From the human T2T-CHM13v2.0 reference genome, Homo sapiens: DNA of 64,000 nucleotides. This document shows positions 24,241 through 45,068 of the stretch, piece by piece. The DNA is taken from the NCBI RefSeq assembly GCF_009914755.1, contig NC_060925.1; one strand, 5' to 3'. Below the pieces are notes generated by a model. The model searched no databases. It was not told the origin of the DNA and saw only the letters and a program-made list of their open reading frames with translations. The position numbers and the translations under genes were made by a program. The first letter of the stretch is position 1. Every line of letters begins with the position of its first letter.

Positions 24241-24752
24241 CTGAAAAAAAATACAGTTAACAATAATGAAACACACAATTATGTCAGGTGCTGATATGTT
24301 CCCTGAAGAAAAACAAAGCAGAAGAAAGAAAAGGATGGAGATGAAACGGGTGAGGGTAGGCTTCGATGTGTGCTCCTCTCAGATGTTTTGGTTAAGAGAA
24401 GGTTTCAGTGCTGGCCTGAGGATAGAGCTGTGGAACCACCTCAGAGAAGAGACTTCCAGGCAGGGCTCAGAACACAATTCCCCAAAGTAAGGCATGCTGA
24501 GTATTTTGAACTAAAGGAGATGGGAAGGCCTCGGAAGCAGAGTCTCTCTGACCTCCTGCCCTGCTGCTCACCTTTCTCTTTCAAGGCAAGTCACAGAAAC
24601 CAGAATTCCTCTTCCCCAAGGCCATAGAAACTAGAATCCCTCTCCCAGAAAGCAAAACCTAGAGAGGTCATTTTCCCTCTCTCCCTTCTCCCTTAAAGAC
24701 CCTCATCCCAGAGGGGTCCTTCCTCATGCCTAGGAAGAAGAAATGCTACACA

Positions 24753-25079
<327 letters not shown>

Positions 25080-25329
25080 TCAAGCAGACAGGCCTTGCTG
25101 TTTCCTCTCTCAGTCACTGAGCATTAGATCATACCCCTTCATCCAATCACATTTCTACACAGCTACCATTCCTCATCAACCTTTAAGCATAAACTCAGAC
25201 AGTTTTCCCCAGGTCTTTGGGTCTTCATTTCTGAAGGCTGTCTCAAAATTTTTTAAAAATTTTATTGAAATGAGGTCTCCCTATGTTGCCCAGGCTGGTT
25301 GTGAACACATAAAACTTTGATCAAATAGT

Positions 25330-25612
25330 CCAGGCCCAGTGGGTCACACTTGTAATTCTAGCACTTTGGGAGACTGAGTGGGAGGATTGCTTGAACCAGC
25401 CTGGGCAACATTGTGAGACACAGTCTCTATGAAAATTAAATTTAAAAAATTAGCCAGGCATGGTGGTGTGCACCTCTAGTCCCAGCTACTCGGGAGGCTG
25501 AGGTAGGATGATCACCTGAGCCCAGGAGGTCAAGGCTTCAGTGAGCTGAGATCCCACCATGCACTCTAGCTTGGGCTACAGAGTGAGGAAAAACAAACAC
25601 AAACAAACAAAA
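25330..25612 (+). mobile_element. AluJ
   Basis: AluJ-type; aactttgat(c/t)aaata flanking repeat. Confidence 0.9.
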
Positions 25613-26072
25613 CCCAACTTTGATTAAATAAATCTATTACGTTTTCTCTTGTTAACCTCCTGGTGGGTGAGAAAAGTGATCACACTTTTCTGCCTTTATA
25701 AAGGCCAGCAGCTGGAATGTGCGGCTCCTGTGAGGAAAGCCAAGGGGGCCTGTGCAGATGGAACAGAGCCAAGGGTGCGGGGGTGGAGATGAAGTCTAGG
25801 GCAGGGGCAGATAGCACCGGGCTTTTGTAGGACTTTGGCTTTTACAGGTAAGATGCAGAGCCATGGAGGGTTTGAACTCTCTGGCTGCTGTCGGGGGGCC
25901 TTGTGTCCTGTCTCTTGAACAGAACACTAATTTCCTGGGGGCAGGACGCACACCAAAGCCCAGTCAGGGGCTCTGTTCTGGTCAGCGGGCCAGCCTTGAC
26001 CCCACAGTCCCACAGCCAGCCAGACCTGAAGGTGGGACAGAGGTCCCTGGACTGCCTTTTTGGGAGGACTAG

Positions 26073-26380
<308 letters not shown>

Positions 26381-26481
26381 GGAAGACTAGTTTTCACGTG
26401 TATTTGTAGTAGGCCTGCTTTTGATGCTATCTCAGTGCATTGCATTGAACACTGCATTTATTCATATCCCGGGCTATCAGC

Positions 26482-26796
<315 letters not shown>

Positions 26797-27080
26797 AGCC
26801 ACCTTCAGCCATCACCGGCTTGTCAGTTCTTACGTATTCCACTTCCGCTTGATTGTAAGCTTCCTCCGGGGAAGGACGGGGTCTCCCAGACATTTGAATT
26901 AACGGTGATCTTTGCAAAAAGCCAGGAACCCCTGTGGGTGATTGCTGGCAGGGAGACAAGCTACACAGGAAAGAGCAGGGATCTGTCTGTGGCCTGGGGG
27001 TTAGGAGACCTAACAAAAGTTTTCTCACTCGGAGGCTCGGTCTCCCCATCTGTAAAAGGATATGGACTGGACTACATGGA

Positions 27081-27703
<623 letters not shown>

Positions 27704-27744
27704 AGGCCGATTCTTAAATTATGTTTGAAATACTAACAGAATCA

Positions 27745-28191
<447 letters not shown>

Positions 28192-29122
28192 CTAGCCCAG
28201 AAAGGCTCCAACCTTGGAGGACAGACTTGGTTTTAATCTCCAGGTGAGTGATTTAGGACTTGTTTTTGTTGCGTTCTGGAAAAGGTGTGTGGATATGTTT
28301 TTGGAGGCAAAGGAGGAGTTTGTGGTCTGGAGCCTGCATGTTTTCAGCCTCCAGGCCTGGTTACGTTGGCTTGATGGAGAAGGGAAGGCCCACGTGGGAG
28401 TGGAGCCAGCCAGTCTTTCCTGTGTGGGCGATGCAGGGGACGGTGGGGAGGGCCACAAGGTGGAGGAGGAGGAGGAATCGCGAGGTGGGAAGGGGCTGGG
28501 TGGTGACAGGCAGAGGGCTAGAGAGCTGTGGGCAGAACAGGGACCCCGTCCCATGTGTCTCTGGGCAGAGATTCACTCCACGCCAAAGCAAATAGGGAGA
28601 AGAGGCCCCTGTGAGTCTGAAGGGTGGTTCCCCCCTTGACTGAAGATCCCGGAGATGGGGGGTGGCCCTGGGCCAAATCAGGCACCTCCCTTTCTCACCA
28701 GGTAGTGCCTCCCTGCACGTTCACACCCAATGCTGTGTTGTCAGGGGCTGTAACCTGAGCCCTGGGTGCCAGGAGGGGGAGACCCACCCGGTCCTCCTCC
28801 TGTCCCCCCCAGCTCCCTTCCCTCTCCAAGGGCTCACACAGGCCCAGCCCATGGAAGAAATGGTGTTCTCAGTGGGTTTGGAACAGGTAAAGATTAGGAG
28901 CAGATGACAGGTTGTCAGTGGCTTCGAGGGCAACTACATAATCCCCAGCACCCAAGCTGCAGTGCACTTTGATCCAGCCTCTGAAGGCTTGATTATGAGA
29001 CACAGCCCATGTTTCCATAAAGGGGAGAACAATTGTTTCCAGCACAGACAAAGGACTCTTTGTATAGCCCTGGGACCCGAGCCCCAGGAGGCACTCGGGG
29101 AGAGGAAGGACAGCCCCACCCC

Positions 29123-29148
29123 GGGTAGGGAAGGGGGTAGGGGCAGGG
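29123..29148 (+). other. G-quadruplex-forming motif (five G-runs)
   Basis: GGG-TA-GGG-AA-GGGGG-TA-GGGG-CA-GGG. Confidence 0.7.
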
Positions 29149-29959
29149 CAGTGCTGGGTGAGGCAGCTGCCTGGCTCCCATTGAGCTTGCCCATGATGGG
29201 CAAAGGGCATTAATGATGTCCCGCTGCTGGCACAGGGGCCTCAGACAGGGGTGAAAGGGGGCTTTTTTCTGAATTGCTCCAGCCTCATGCTCAAAATGCA
29301 TGCAGTTTTATCTTTGTCGAGGCCGATGTTGGGGTATCTAGTGCCCCCCTACATTTGGGGAAGGGCTGGCTCCTCATTGGCAGGTTTCCACATCTATCAA
29401 ACAGGCAGCAGGGTAGGGAGCAGGATTTGCTGTGCAGAGTGGGAGTTAGAACTTAGAGAGCATTTGGAAGTAGGCATGAAGAAGGGGCACGTTGGGATGG
29501 GGACGAGGTAGTGAGTCTGGATGCAGCAGTGTGTGTCCCTTGTGGAGCTGCCTCCTCCTCCTCCCCCCAGCCCTCACAGTTTCCCTGGGGCCTGAACATA
29601 GGATGACCTCAGAGTTTGCAAAACAAATCCGACTGTTGGAGAGCGTGAGGACTTTGCTTTGCTCCCCTTTCCTGCTTGGGAGAGAAGTCTGGATTGGTGA
29701 GGGCTTCTGCCCCCCTCATCCATTTGTTAGTTAAATCCAGCCCCTTCCCTGCCTCCCATTCCTTCTGTCCACATGTCAGGAGGCGTGGGCTGGGCCCTAG
29801 GCTGGCCTCCCAGTCAGAGGCAGCCATAGTGCAGGGAGTTGGCTTGACCCTGAGAAATTCCAGAAACACATCTGTTTAGGAGGATGAAGGCCAGGTTTGG
29901 GATCTTATTGGGGCTGCACCTGTGGAGACCAGAATGGCTCATTTTAGGGGGAAGGTAAG

Positions 29960-30425
29960 TAGAAAGTGTTAAATGCCAGCTCCTCAAAATCACTAGTACA
30001 ATCTACTGATATCACAAAGCACAGTTTATTGCTCACCTTGGTGAGGGAGACAGAGATTTGGCAGTCTCTCCAAGTGGGGAAGGTAAGGTTGTTGGAAGTT
30101 TGGTTTAAGATGGATCTTGCAGTGCAGGGGCTTTGATTAGGACTGGGTAAGGATCGCCATTTCACAGTCAAGAATTGGTACAAACATCAAGGCCAGGATT
30201 TTTGAGACAAGGGATTCAAACAATGTTAGGAAGCAAGCTCAAAGTAGATGCTTCCATTGAAGATTTGATGGTTTTGTGGGAAGTTCCCCTAGTGAACAAT
30301 CAGGTCTTTTACCTGGGCGGAGTCTATTGGAATAATAAAGTTATGCTAATGAAGACCGTGGACTAGCAAAGTCATGTTAATGTAACCATCAGTTGTGTCT
30401 GTAGTAGGTAGTTTCCATTTTAGGT
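29960..30425 (-). mobile_element. Probable ancient LTR (family uncertain)
   Basis: ~460 bp AT-richer block with tttatt (minus-strand polyA signal) near one end; general resemblance only. Confidence 0.4.
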
Positions 30426-30954
30426 GTAAGTTTAGAGGGTGTGAGGGTAAAAGCTCTTTAGGGGCTGGTCTGGAGTTTGGGGTGGGGAATGGCAGGAGGG
30501 TCTATGGTCCTGAACAGCAATGACCAGACTGCAGGGCAGAGGCAGAGACACGTTAGACTGGAGAACTGGAGGGAGAGGAACTCCAGCTGACCCCAGGAGA
30601 GGTCAAGACTCAAGCATGTGAGCTGGAAACCAGGCCTGCAGGTGCCAAACCGGTCCCTGCCCGTGAAGACAGGCTGTATTGACTTTGGCAGCCCCACCCT
30701 AGCCTCCTCCCACCCCAGAAGGGCTTGAAACTGACACTGGGCCATGAAGGGGGCTGGAGATGTTCCCAACCCAGTCCTGCTCAGGCCGGCCATGGCTGGC
30801 TGCTACCCTGGCAGAGGGAGCCAGAGGGTGTGTATGGGGGAGGGAGGGAGGTTCCCCTGGGAGGCAACTGGTGGAGTCCAGGGCTGGGGGCCATCAGGAA
30901 TATATGAGTGGCCTCTTGATCTCAGACTGAGGACCCAGACAGACTAGGCAGTAG

Positions 30955-31240
<286 letters not shown>

Positions 31241-31625
31241 TGATTTCATATGAGCTGAAATCTACATATGTACTAGTCATCACAACACATCATTTTATTG
31301 ATAAACTGAGGCATGGGGAGCATCGATGACTGATCAGGCAGATGGGTTGGAATTCAAGGTCCAGTCTGTGGCTTCAAGGCGAACTCTGCTGTGCCCCTTG
31401 GCAGCATCCTCCTGGGCTACTCAGGCATCTCATTCCTGCAGATGGCAAGAGGGGAGCTCAGATCACTCCTGTCTTGTCAAAGGGAGGAGGCGATAGCCTG
31501 AAACAGATCTGGGAAGAGGAAAGAGAATGAAGAGCGTGAGAAATGAAGAAGAGGGAGGGCAGTCAGTCCAGAGAAATAGGCAGGGACAGAGACAGGGAGG
31601 AAAAGATGAGAGGAGATGAAGAATA

Positions 31626-31656
31626 TGTGTGTGTGTGTGTGTGTGTGCATGTGTGT
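31626..31656. repeat. (TG)n microsatellite
   Basis: Direct reading. Confidence 0.95.
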
Positions 31657-32219
31657 ATAAAACTATTACCAGCTTTCCAAATTTGATAAGTCATGTTCAT
31701 TTCTATTGCCCCTTTTCAGAAAAAGATGGGAACAAGTGAAAAGGGACCTAAGAGGGCTAGTTAGGGACACAGGGAGAGCACAGCAGAGGGAAAGAGGCAG
31801 CTAGGAAGACAGGACAGAGGGGTAGAAGGGGTGGGGGAGATAGACTGAGACATCTGCCTTCTCCTCTGGGCCAGCTCTCTCCAGCTCGTCACCATGGTGA
31901 TGGCTGCCCAAGGACTTTGTCCAGCTTCTGCTGCCCATGGGAAGTTATCTGGCCAGGATTTTGCTTTGCTGCAGGCTGAGAGATGAGGGCAGAGGTAAGC
32001 AGGGAGTTTAATGGGTCAGAGATACTGAGGGAGGAATCAGTGGGACAGGGCCATATGGGTGCCCTGGGCTCTGAGCAATCGGATTCGAGGGATGCTCTCC
32101 TCAGCAGAGTACTTTCTGTCTGGTGACAGGGGACTTTCTATTTTCCCTAAATGGAGAGAAATAGAATGCCTGGACCCTATGAGAAGGTAAGAGCCACATT
32201 CCTTGAGAAGGCCAATTGT

Positions 32220-32238
32220 GGGGAAGGGAAGGGAGGGG
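32220..32238 (+). other. G-quadruplex-forming motif
   Basis: GGGG-AA-GGG-AA-GGG-A-GGGG. Confidence 0.65.
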
Positions 32239-32434
32239 AGGAGAGTGAGACCTGGGCTGGACCCTGAGGTGTCTCAAGCACCAGATCCTGACCTTCATGT
32301 CATCTCTCATCTATGCCTCGGCCTCCCCAAAGGGACTAAATTATAACCACAGCAAAACATAGCAGCCATTGTACTGAAAACACACTTTGGGCTAGATACT
32401 CAGTTAAGTGCCTTATTTTAACTTTATTTCTATC

Positions 32435-33703
<1,269 letters not shown>

Positions 33704-33910
33704 TCAACTCATCCCTTCAGAGACTATTCCCAGCACCTCTGCCCTCAGCAGGGAACCTGGCTCCCCTGAAGTCCTCACTGTGCAGTCCTAATTAGGGAAA
33801 AGGAGTTGGGCTGGTGGGACCAAGGGAAAGCAGAAAGAGACAGCAGATAAGCTGTAAGTCTGCCTTTCTTCATGGTCTAGGACACATAGCCCTCCTGCAA
33901 TAAATCTGCC

Positions 33911-34508
<598 letters not shown>

Positions 34509-34689
34509 AAATCTGTCTTTCTTTACCTACAACTGTCTTAGTAAATTCTCCTTACCACCTGCGCGATACTGGCCTCAAATAGTCGCTAGTCACATGAGAC
34601 ACTCACTTCTCTTCCCAGCAGCATCTCTGGAGGGAGGCTGACTCTCCTCATACTCCAGGCATCTTGGCCCCTGCTATTAGCATCACTTC

Positions 34690-35020
34690 CAGAGGGTCCT
34701 GTAGGGCACCTTCCCTCCCCTTTGTCTATCTTGACCATCTCTTTGTCACTCTTCTCTACCACCTGCTGGTGACTCACCATTATTCCTTCTGGATTTGGGG
34801 ACCTGAAAGGAGTCTCTTTTCTCTTCCTGCCATTATTCTGAGGGACTTCATTGTCCATGAAGATAACCATCCAACACCTTAACCTCCTTGTTCCTTGACC
34901 TCCACTCTACCTTAGTCACTTTTCCATAATCACATCCTCTATGTTGTCATCACTAGGAACTTACCTACCACTTAAATCTTAAATTGAGATATTCCATGAC
35001 CTCTCCACTCACCACAGCTA
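34690..35020 (+). mobile_element. L2 ORF2 endonuclease-region relic
   Basis: Peptide PAIILRDFIVHED resembles the APE-endonuclease (I/L)(I/L)GDFN motif of L2/CR1 LINEs. Confidence 0.6.
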
Positions 35021-35024
35021 CCTT

Positions 35025-35432
35025 TCTTTCTCTTTCTTCCTTTCTTTCTTTTTTGAGACAGGGTCTTGCTCTGTCACCCAGGCTGAGGTGCAGTAGTGCC
35101 ATCTCTGCTTACTACAGACTCGACCTCCTGGGCTCAGGCAATCCTGCCTCAGCCTCCTGAGTAGCTGGGACCACAGATGTGCACCATTATGTCAGCTAAT
35201 TTTTGTATTTTTTGTTTTTAGAGATGGGGTCTTACCATGTTGCCCAGGCTGTGTCCTCTCTCTTTCTTTCTTTCTTTCTTTCTCTTTCTTTCTTTCTCTC
35301 TGTCTTTCTCTCTCTCTCCTTCCTTCCTTTCTTTCTCTTTCCTTCCTTCCTTCTTCCTCTTTCTTTCTTTCTTTTCTTTCTTTCTTTCTCCTTCCTTCCT
35401 TTCTTTCTTTCTCCTTCCTTCCTTCCTTCCTT

Positions 35433-35463
<31 letters not shown>

Positions 35464-35745
35464 TTTCACGTAGTCTCGCTTTGTCCCCCAGATTGGAATG
35501 TAGTGGCGCAATCCCTGCTTACTGCAATCTCCACCTCCCGGGTTCAAGCAATTCTCCTGCCTCAGCCTCCTGAGTAGCTGGGATTACAGGCATGCACCAT
35601 CACGCCCGGCTAATTTTGTATTTTTAGTAGAGATGGGGTTTTTCCATGTTGGTCAGGCTGGTCTCGAGCTCCCGACCTCAGGTGATCCACCTGCCTCAGC
35701 CTCCCAAAGTGCTGAGATTACAGGCATGAGCCACCATGCCCGGTG
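35025..35745 (-). mobile_element. AluJ fragment and AluSp with expanded tail
   Basis: Reverse Alus ~35025-35250 and ~35466-35745. Confidence 0.9.
35254..35467. repeat. (TTTC/TTCC/TC)n polypyrimidine tract, ~210 bp
   Basis: Almost pure C/T on the + strand. Confidence 0.95.
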
Positions 35746-36412
35746 TGTGTCCTTTATTTCTAAAGCATAAGTTTGAGACCTCCAGTCCCACAATGCTTCT
35801 GTTTTGTCCCCATCTATCAGGCACTTCCTGCCTTGGTTCCCTCCTAATCCAACTTAGACTGTCATTTCAACCCCTTTCCAGCCCCTTTGCCCCTCATCTC
35901 TTTGCTTAGGTTAATGTTCTTAATTGCAAACCATAGAATCCATTCTATTTTAAGCAAAAGGGGGATTTTTTTTAAGGGATAAAGATAGCTCCCAGAATTG
36001 TTGGGAAGGTCCAACTCACAGAATCTAGGCTGAGCTTTCAGGAAAAAAAGCCCCAAAGCACATCGCAGAATTAGGCTGCCTCTGTCCCAGGACCACGTGT
36101 ACCCTCTGCCATAACCCATGCTGGCCAAAATGGGTCTGTTAGGAGCTTTTCCTGCCACATTGGGAATGGAAATGGCTTTTACTCTTTACTTAATACTTCA
36201 GTATTGCTCTACTTTTAAGAACAAGCATTATTTTTATAATTAAAACTAATTTTAAGCATCTTCACCCATTGTCTACCTCTTTCTCCATCCATTGCTACCA
36301 GCGCTGCTACTTTCTTTGTTTGTTTGAGACGGAGTCTTGCTCTGTCGCCCAGGCTGGAGTGCAGCGGCACAATCTCGGCTCACTGCAACCTCCGCCTCAC
36401 GGGTTCAAGTGA

Positions 36413-37058
<646 letters not shown>

Positions 37059-37199
37059 TAATATGTGTATTTTTAGTAGAGACAGGGTTTCACTGTGTTG
37101 TCCAGGCTGGTCTCGAACTCCTGACCTCAAATGATCCCCCTGCCTTGGCCTCTTAAAGTGCTGAGATTACAGGCATGAGCCACTGCGTCCGGCCCAGTA

Positions 37200-37825
37200 C
37201 TACTACTTTCATTCAGACCACTGACACTTCTTGCCCAGCGTACTGTAGTAACCTGCTAACTGGTTTTCCCATCCCTGTAGCCCCTCTAATTTATTCTCCA
37301 CACTGCAGCAGAGTCATCTTTCTGAAGCATACCTCTGATCTCATCACTCCTACTTAAAACCCTTCAGTGCCTCTCTGTTGTCCTCGGGATAGGCCTAGAC
37401 AGAGCCCTTCACGGTCTGACTGCAGGTCTCTCGGCATCGTCCCCCCGCAACCCCACCTGCCATCTCCACTCTATTGTGGCCTTGCTGGACCACTCTGTGT
37501 CTCTGGGCCTTTGCCATCACATTCCTTCTGCTGGGAAAGCTCATTTTCCCTGTCTTTGCCTGATGAATTCCTACCCTTTGCCTAGAGAAGTTTTTGCTGG
37601 GATGGCACCTCTTCCAGGAAGCATTCCCTGATCACAATCCTCTGATTGGTTGCCCCTGCCAGCTATTTCCACAGAGCTCTCTGCCACTCTGTCTTGCCAT
37701 TGCCTCTCTCCCCAGTCAGACCATAAGCTCCTCAACTGTGAGGATCGTGGCTCGTTCACTGCTTTAGGCCCACCTCATAGAGTCTCATGGGGTTTGATAC
37801 ATGTGAAATGAGTGAATTAATGAAT
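37200..37825 (+). mobile_element. L2 3' region
   Basis: ttattctccacactgcagcagagtcatctttct...tcactcctacttaaaacccttcagtg...gtgaattaatgaatg. Confidence 0.8.
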
Positions 37826-37954
37826 GTTGCCCAAGCTTACATAGCTAAGAAGTGCTAGGCAAATCCAGCTAAGTTGTTTTCCAAAACTCACATATTTTCC
37901 TTCGTGCCATGCTGCTTCTCTGAATAGGTCAGGACAATCTAGTTCTTAGGATTA

Positions 37955-38293
<339 letters not shown>

Positions 38294-38438
38294 TTGTTAT
38301 TGAGTAATAATGATATACAATAAACTGTATGTATTTAGAGTGTACACTTTGATAAGTTTTGACATATGTATGCACCCATGAAACTAACACCACAATAAAA
38401 ACAGTGAACATGTCTATCACCCCCTAAAAGTTTCCTAG
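38294..38438 (-). mobile_element. L1M 3' end fragment
   Basis: tatacaataaactgtatgtatttagagtgtaca...ttttgacatatgtat. Confidence 0.7.
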
Positions 38439-38539
38439 AAAATGAAGGAACAATGGATTTTAATGTTACAGAGGACAAAAAGTTCATTGATAGGGTTTCA
38501 GAGTCTACATTGCAACTAACCTCTAAGATTTCTGTTTCT

Positions 38540-38822
38540 GCTGGACGTGGCAGCTCTTGCCTGTAATCCCAGGCTGAGGTGGGAAGATTGCTTAAGACCA
38601 GGAGTTCAAGACCAGACTAGGCAACATGGTGAGACCCCATCTCTACAAAAAATACAAAAATTAGCCAGGCATGTTGAGCATGCCTGTGGTCCCAGCTACT
38701 GGAGGGGCTAAGGTGGGAGGATCGCTTGACCCAGGGAAGCAGAAGTTGCAGTGGGTTGAGATTGTGCCACCACACCTCACCCTGGGTGACAGAGGGTGAC
38801 CCTGTCTCAAAAAAAAAAAAAA
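38540..38822 (+). mobile_element. AluJ
   Basis: AluJ-type sequence. Confidence 0.9.
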
Positions 38823-39213
38823 ATGCTATTAAAATACTCCTCACTCTTTAAACTGCAAATCTGTGTGAAGCTGGATTTTATTCATGTACATCAACCAAAA
38901 CAACATTCACAAAGGATTGAATGCTGAAGAAGGTACAAGAATCCAGCTGTCTTCTATTAAGCCAGATATTAAAGAGATTTGGAAAAAAGTAAAACAATGT
39001 CATTTTTCTCACTAAGTTTTTCTGCTTTTGGAAAATGTAGTTTTTTAATTTAAAAAAGTTATTTATGTTAATGTATAATGGGTTTCTTACTGTGAATCCC
39101 TTCCCTATGCATAGGAAAGCACTTTACTACCGGGGCCATAAATGGTTAAGGTGAGAGATGATCCCAAACCCAGCTCTTGTCTATTTCATACTTTCTCACA
39201 GAGGTTGCAGTGA

Positions 39214-39945
<732 letters not shown>

Positions 39946-40104
39946 GTTTTAATTTCTAATTTGATAAATAGCAATAGATATAACCCACATAAACTGGGGA
40001 TTTTTGGAGTCTTCAATAGTTTTTAAGATTTAAAGGGGCCCTGAAACTAAAAAGTTTGAGAACCACTGATATACAGACCACAGGTTGAGAGAAGGCCCTT
40101 AGGA

Positions 40105-40325
40105 TGGATGGCCTGTGTTTGAACTTGGGCTTTGCTCCTTGCTAGTTTGTAAGAGAACTTTGGGCAAGTTTGTAGTCTCTCTGATCCCTAGTTATCTCAT
40201 CTGTAAAATGGGAATGATTGTAATGGTACTTACTATGAAAGGCTGTTGAAGATTAAGTGAGTTAACACATGGAAACATTTGGGAAGAGTGCTGGTATATA
40301 GTAAGTGCCCAATAAATGTTATTGT
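40105..40325 (+). mobile_element. MIR
   Basis: tttgggcaagtt...ctcatctgtaaaatgggaatga...aagtgcccaataaatgttatt. Confidence 0.85.
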
Positions 40326-40326
40326 C

Positions 40327-40370
40327 ACCATCGTCATCGTCATCATCAGCAGCAGCAGCAGCAACAGCAG
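40327..40370. repeat. (CAT/CGT)n(CAG)n compound trinucleotide repeat
   Basis: Direct reading. Confidence 0.85.
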
Positions 40371-40524
40371 CCCTTCCTGAAGTATGAGAAATGTATATAG
40401 ATGCTGGAGGCCAAGCTGGGGCATGCTAAGTACGAAGGCAAGCCCTGCTGAAACCACCCCTGCTACTATGCCATGTTTGGGCCCAAAGGCTTTGGGCAAG
40501 GTAGAGCTGAGAGTCACACTTTCT

Positions 40525-40820
40525 TCCTTTTTTTTTTTGAGACAGAGTCTCACTTTATTGCCCAGGCTGGAGTGCAGTGGCGCCATCTCAGCTCACTGCA
40601 ACCTCCGCCTCCCGGGTTCAAGCGATTCTGTGTCTCAGCCTCCTGAGTGGCTGGGATTACAGGCATCCGCCACCACTCCTGGCTAATTTTTGTGTTTTCA
40701 GTAGAGACAGGGTTTCACCATGTTGGCCAGGCTGGTCTGGAATTCCTGACTTCAGGTGATTTGCCCACCTGGTCCTCTTAAAGTGCTGGGATTACAGGTG
40801 TGAGCCACCTCGCCCAGCCA
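40525..40820 (-). mobile_element. AluSx-like
   Basis: gagagtcaca flanking repeat. Confidence 0.95.
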
Positions 40821-40965
40821 GAGAGTCACATTTTCAAGCAAACCCAGGTGGTGGAAACTCCATCCTCATTGGCCACCCACTGAACCACTGTTTAGGCAGA
40901 TGCCAGGCCTTACACTCAGACATCCAGGGCTCCCTTTTAGCCCCTCATGCCCTCAATAAACCTGA

Positions 40966-41352
<387 letters not shown>

Positions 41353-41434
41353 AGGTTATCCTGCCTTCTATGGGTTGAGAACTGCCCCAGTTACTAAGTA
41401 GAACATAGAAGTATATGTAGGTTTCTGTTCTTAT

Positions 41435-41700
41435 AGGCCAAGGCAGGAGGATGACTTGAGCCCAGTAGTTCAAGATTAGCCTGAGCAACACAGTGAGAAC
41501 CTGCCTCTACAAAAAAAAAAAAAAAAAAAAATTAGCCAGGTGTGGTGGCACATGCCTTTGGTCCCAGCTACGCAGGAGGCTGAGGCAGGAGGATTGCCTA
41601 AGCCTAGGAGGTTGAGGCTGCAGTGAGCCGTGATCACATCACTGCAGTCCAGTCTGGGTGACAGAGCAGGACCCTGTCTCAAACAAACAAAAAACCTACA
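41435..41700 (+). mobile_element. AluJ
   Basis: AluJ-type sequence. Confidence 0.9.
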
Positions 41701-41747
41701 AAACAGTTTATTAATTTCCTATAAAGTTAAACATACATTCTTCCTCT

Positions 41748-42182
<435 letters not shown>

Positions 42183-42247
42183 TATTTTAATGTGACGTAC
42201 AAAGCCCTCCTTTCCCATCATGACTTCATAAGCACTCCATCAAAGAA

Positions 42248-43748
<1,501 letters not shown>

Positions 43749-43819
43749 ATAATTTCAAAAAGTTAAAAGCATGTCTCCTACATAAATAGTGGGCCACATC
43801 AAAGATTTATTTAATGTAT

Positions 43820-44115
43820 CCTGGCATGATGGCTCACACCTATAATCCCAGCACTTTAGGAGGCCGAGACAGGAGGTTCACTTGAGTTCAGGAGTTCAAG
43901 ACCAGCCTGGGCAACATAATGAGACCCCAACTCTACAAAAAAAAATTTTAAAAATTAGCTGGGTATAGTGGCTTACACCTGTGGTCCTAGCTACTCCAGA
44001 GGCTGAGGTAGGAGGTTTGCTTGAACCCAGGATGTCAAGGCTGCAGTGAGCCATGATTGTGCCACTGTACTCCAGCAGCCTGAGCAACAGAGACCCTGTC
44101 ATTTAAAAAAAAAAT
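43820..44115 (+). mobile_element. AluJ
   Basis: AluJ-type sequence. Confidence 0.92.
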
Positions 44116-44199
44116 TTGCAACCTATCAATTTCCTACAAGTTAACATCAAATTTGCAAAGGTCTGTAGGGCTCTACTCCGTAATTAAACACACAGAGCT

Positions 44200-44565
<366 letters not shown>

Positions 44566-44899
44566 GAATAATTTTGAAAGACATGCTGACATTTTTTGGT
44601 CTAATTTCTGAATTCTGGATAATTTTTCTTAAGAAGGCACACTAAAATACTCAAGGTTCAGCGAATTCCATGCTCCTCTGTCTCCCTCAACATAGAGCTT
44701 CTTTCTCACTGGGCCTGAGGTGCTTCTCCCCTCCTTAAACCTGTCTATTTCCTGCTTTGGCCTGGCTGGTTCTACAAGTCTTCAGGCCTGAGGTCAGGGG
44801 TCGTGTATCTGACCACCCCCAGCCTCATCTGGGTACCAGGCCTCCTCTGGATTCAGGCACTTCCTTGGCCCCAGCAACACTCCTGGCCTTCTTCCAGCC

Positions 44900-45068
44900 C
44901 AGCATCCCTGCCAGTCCTTAACAGCATCTGTTTGCTCATTGGCCTCCTCTGGAAGCCTGTGGGCTTCCACAGGGTGGGGCTGTTTTTCCATTTCTGTATC
45001 CCCAGGGCCTAGCCCAGTGCCTGGCACCCTGTGAGGCTTAATAAATGTTTGCTGAATAAATTGAATGA
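44900..45068 (+). mobile_element. L2 3' end
   Basis: gcctagcccagtgcctggcac...aataaatgtttgctgaataaattgaatga. Confidence 0.8.

Noticed and set aside
28214-28639. 141 aa ORF with an acidic run
   Set aside because: Non-ATG start; the acidic run comes from a GGA repeat; no family resemblance.
39095-39140. Faint tRNA-like look on the minus strand
   Set aside because: No B-box, acceptor stem or cloverleaf could be built.
40347-40370. (CAG)n as a disease-type or polyQ repeat
   Set aside because: Only about five pure units, interrupted, at a MIR tail and non-coding.
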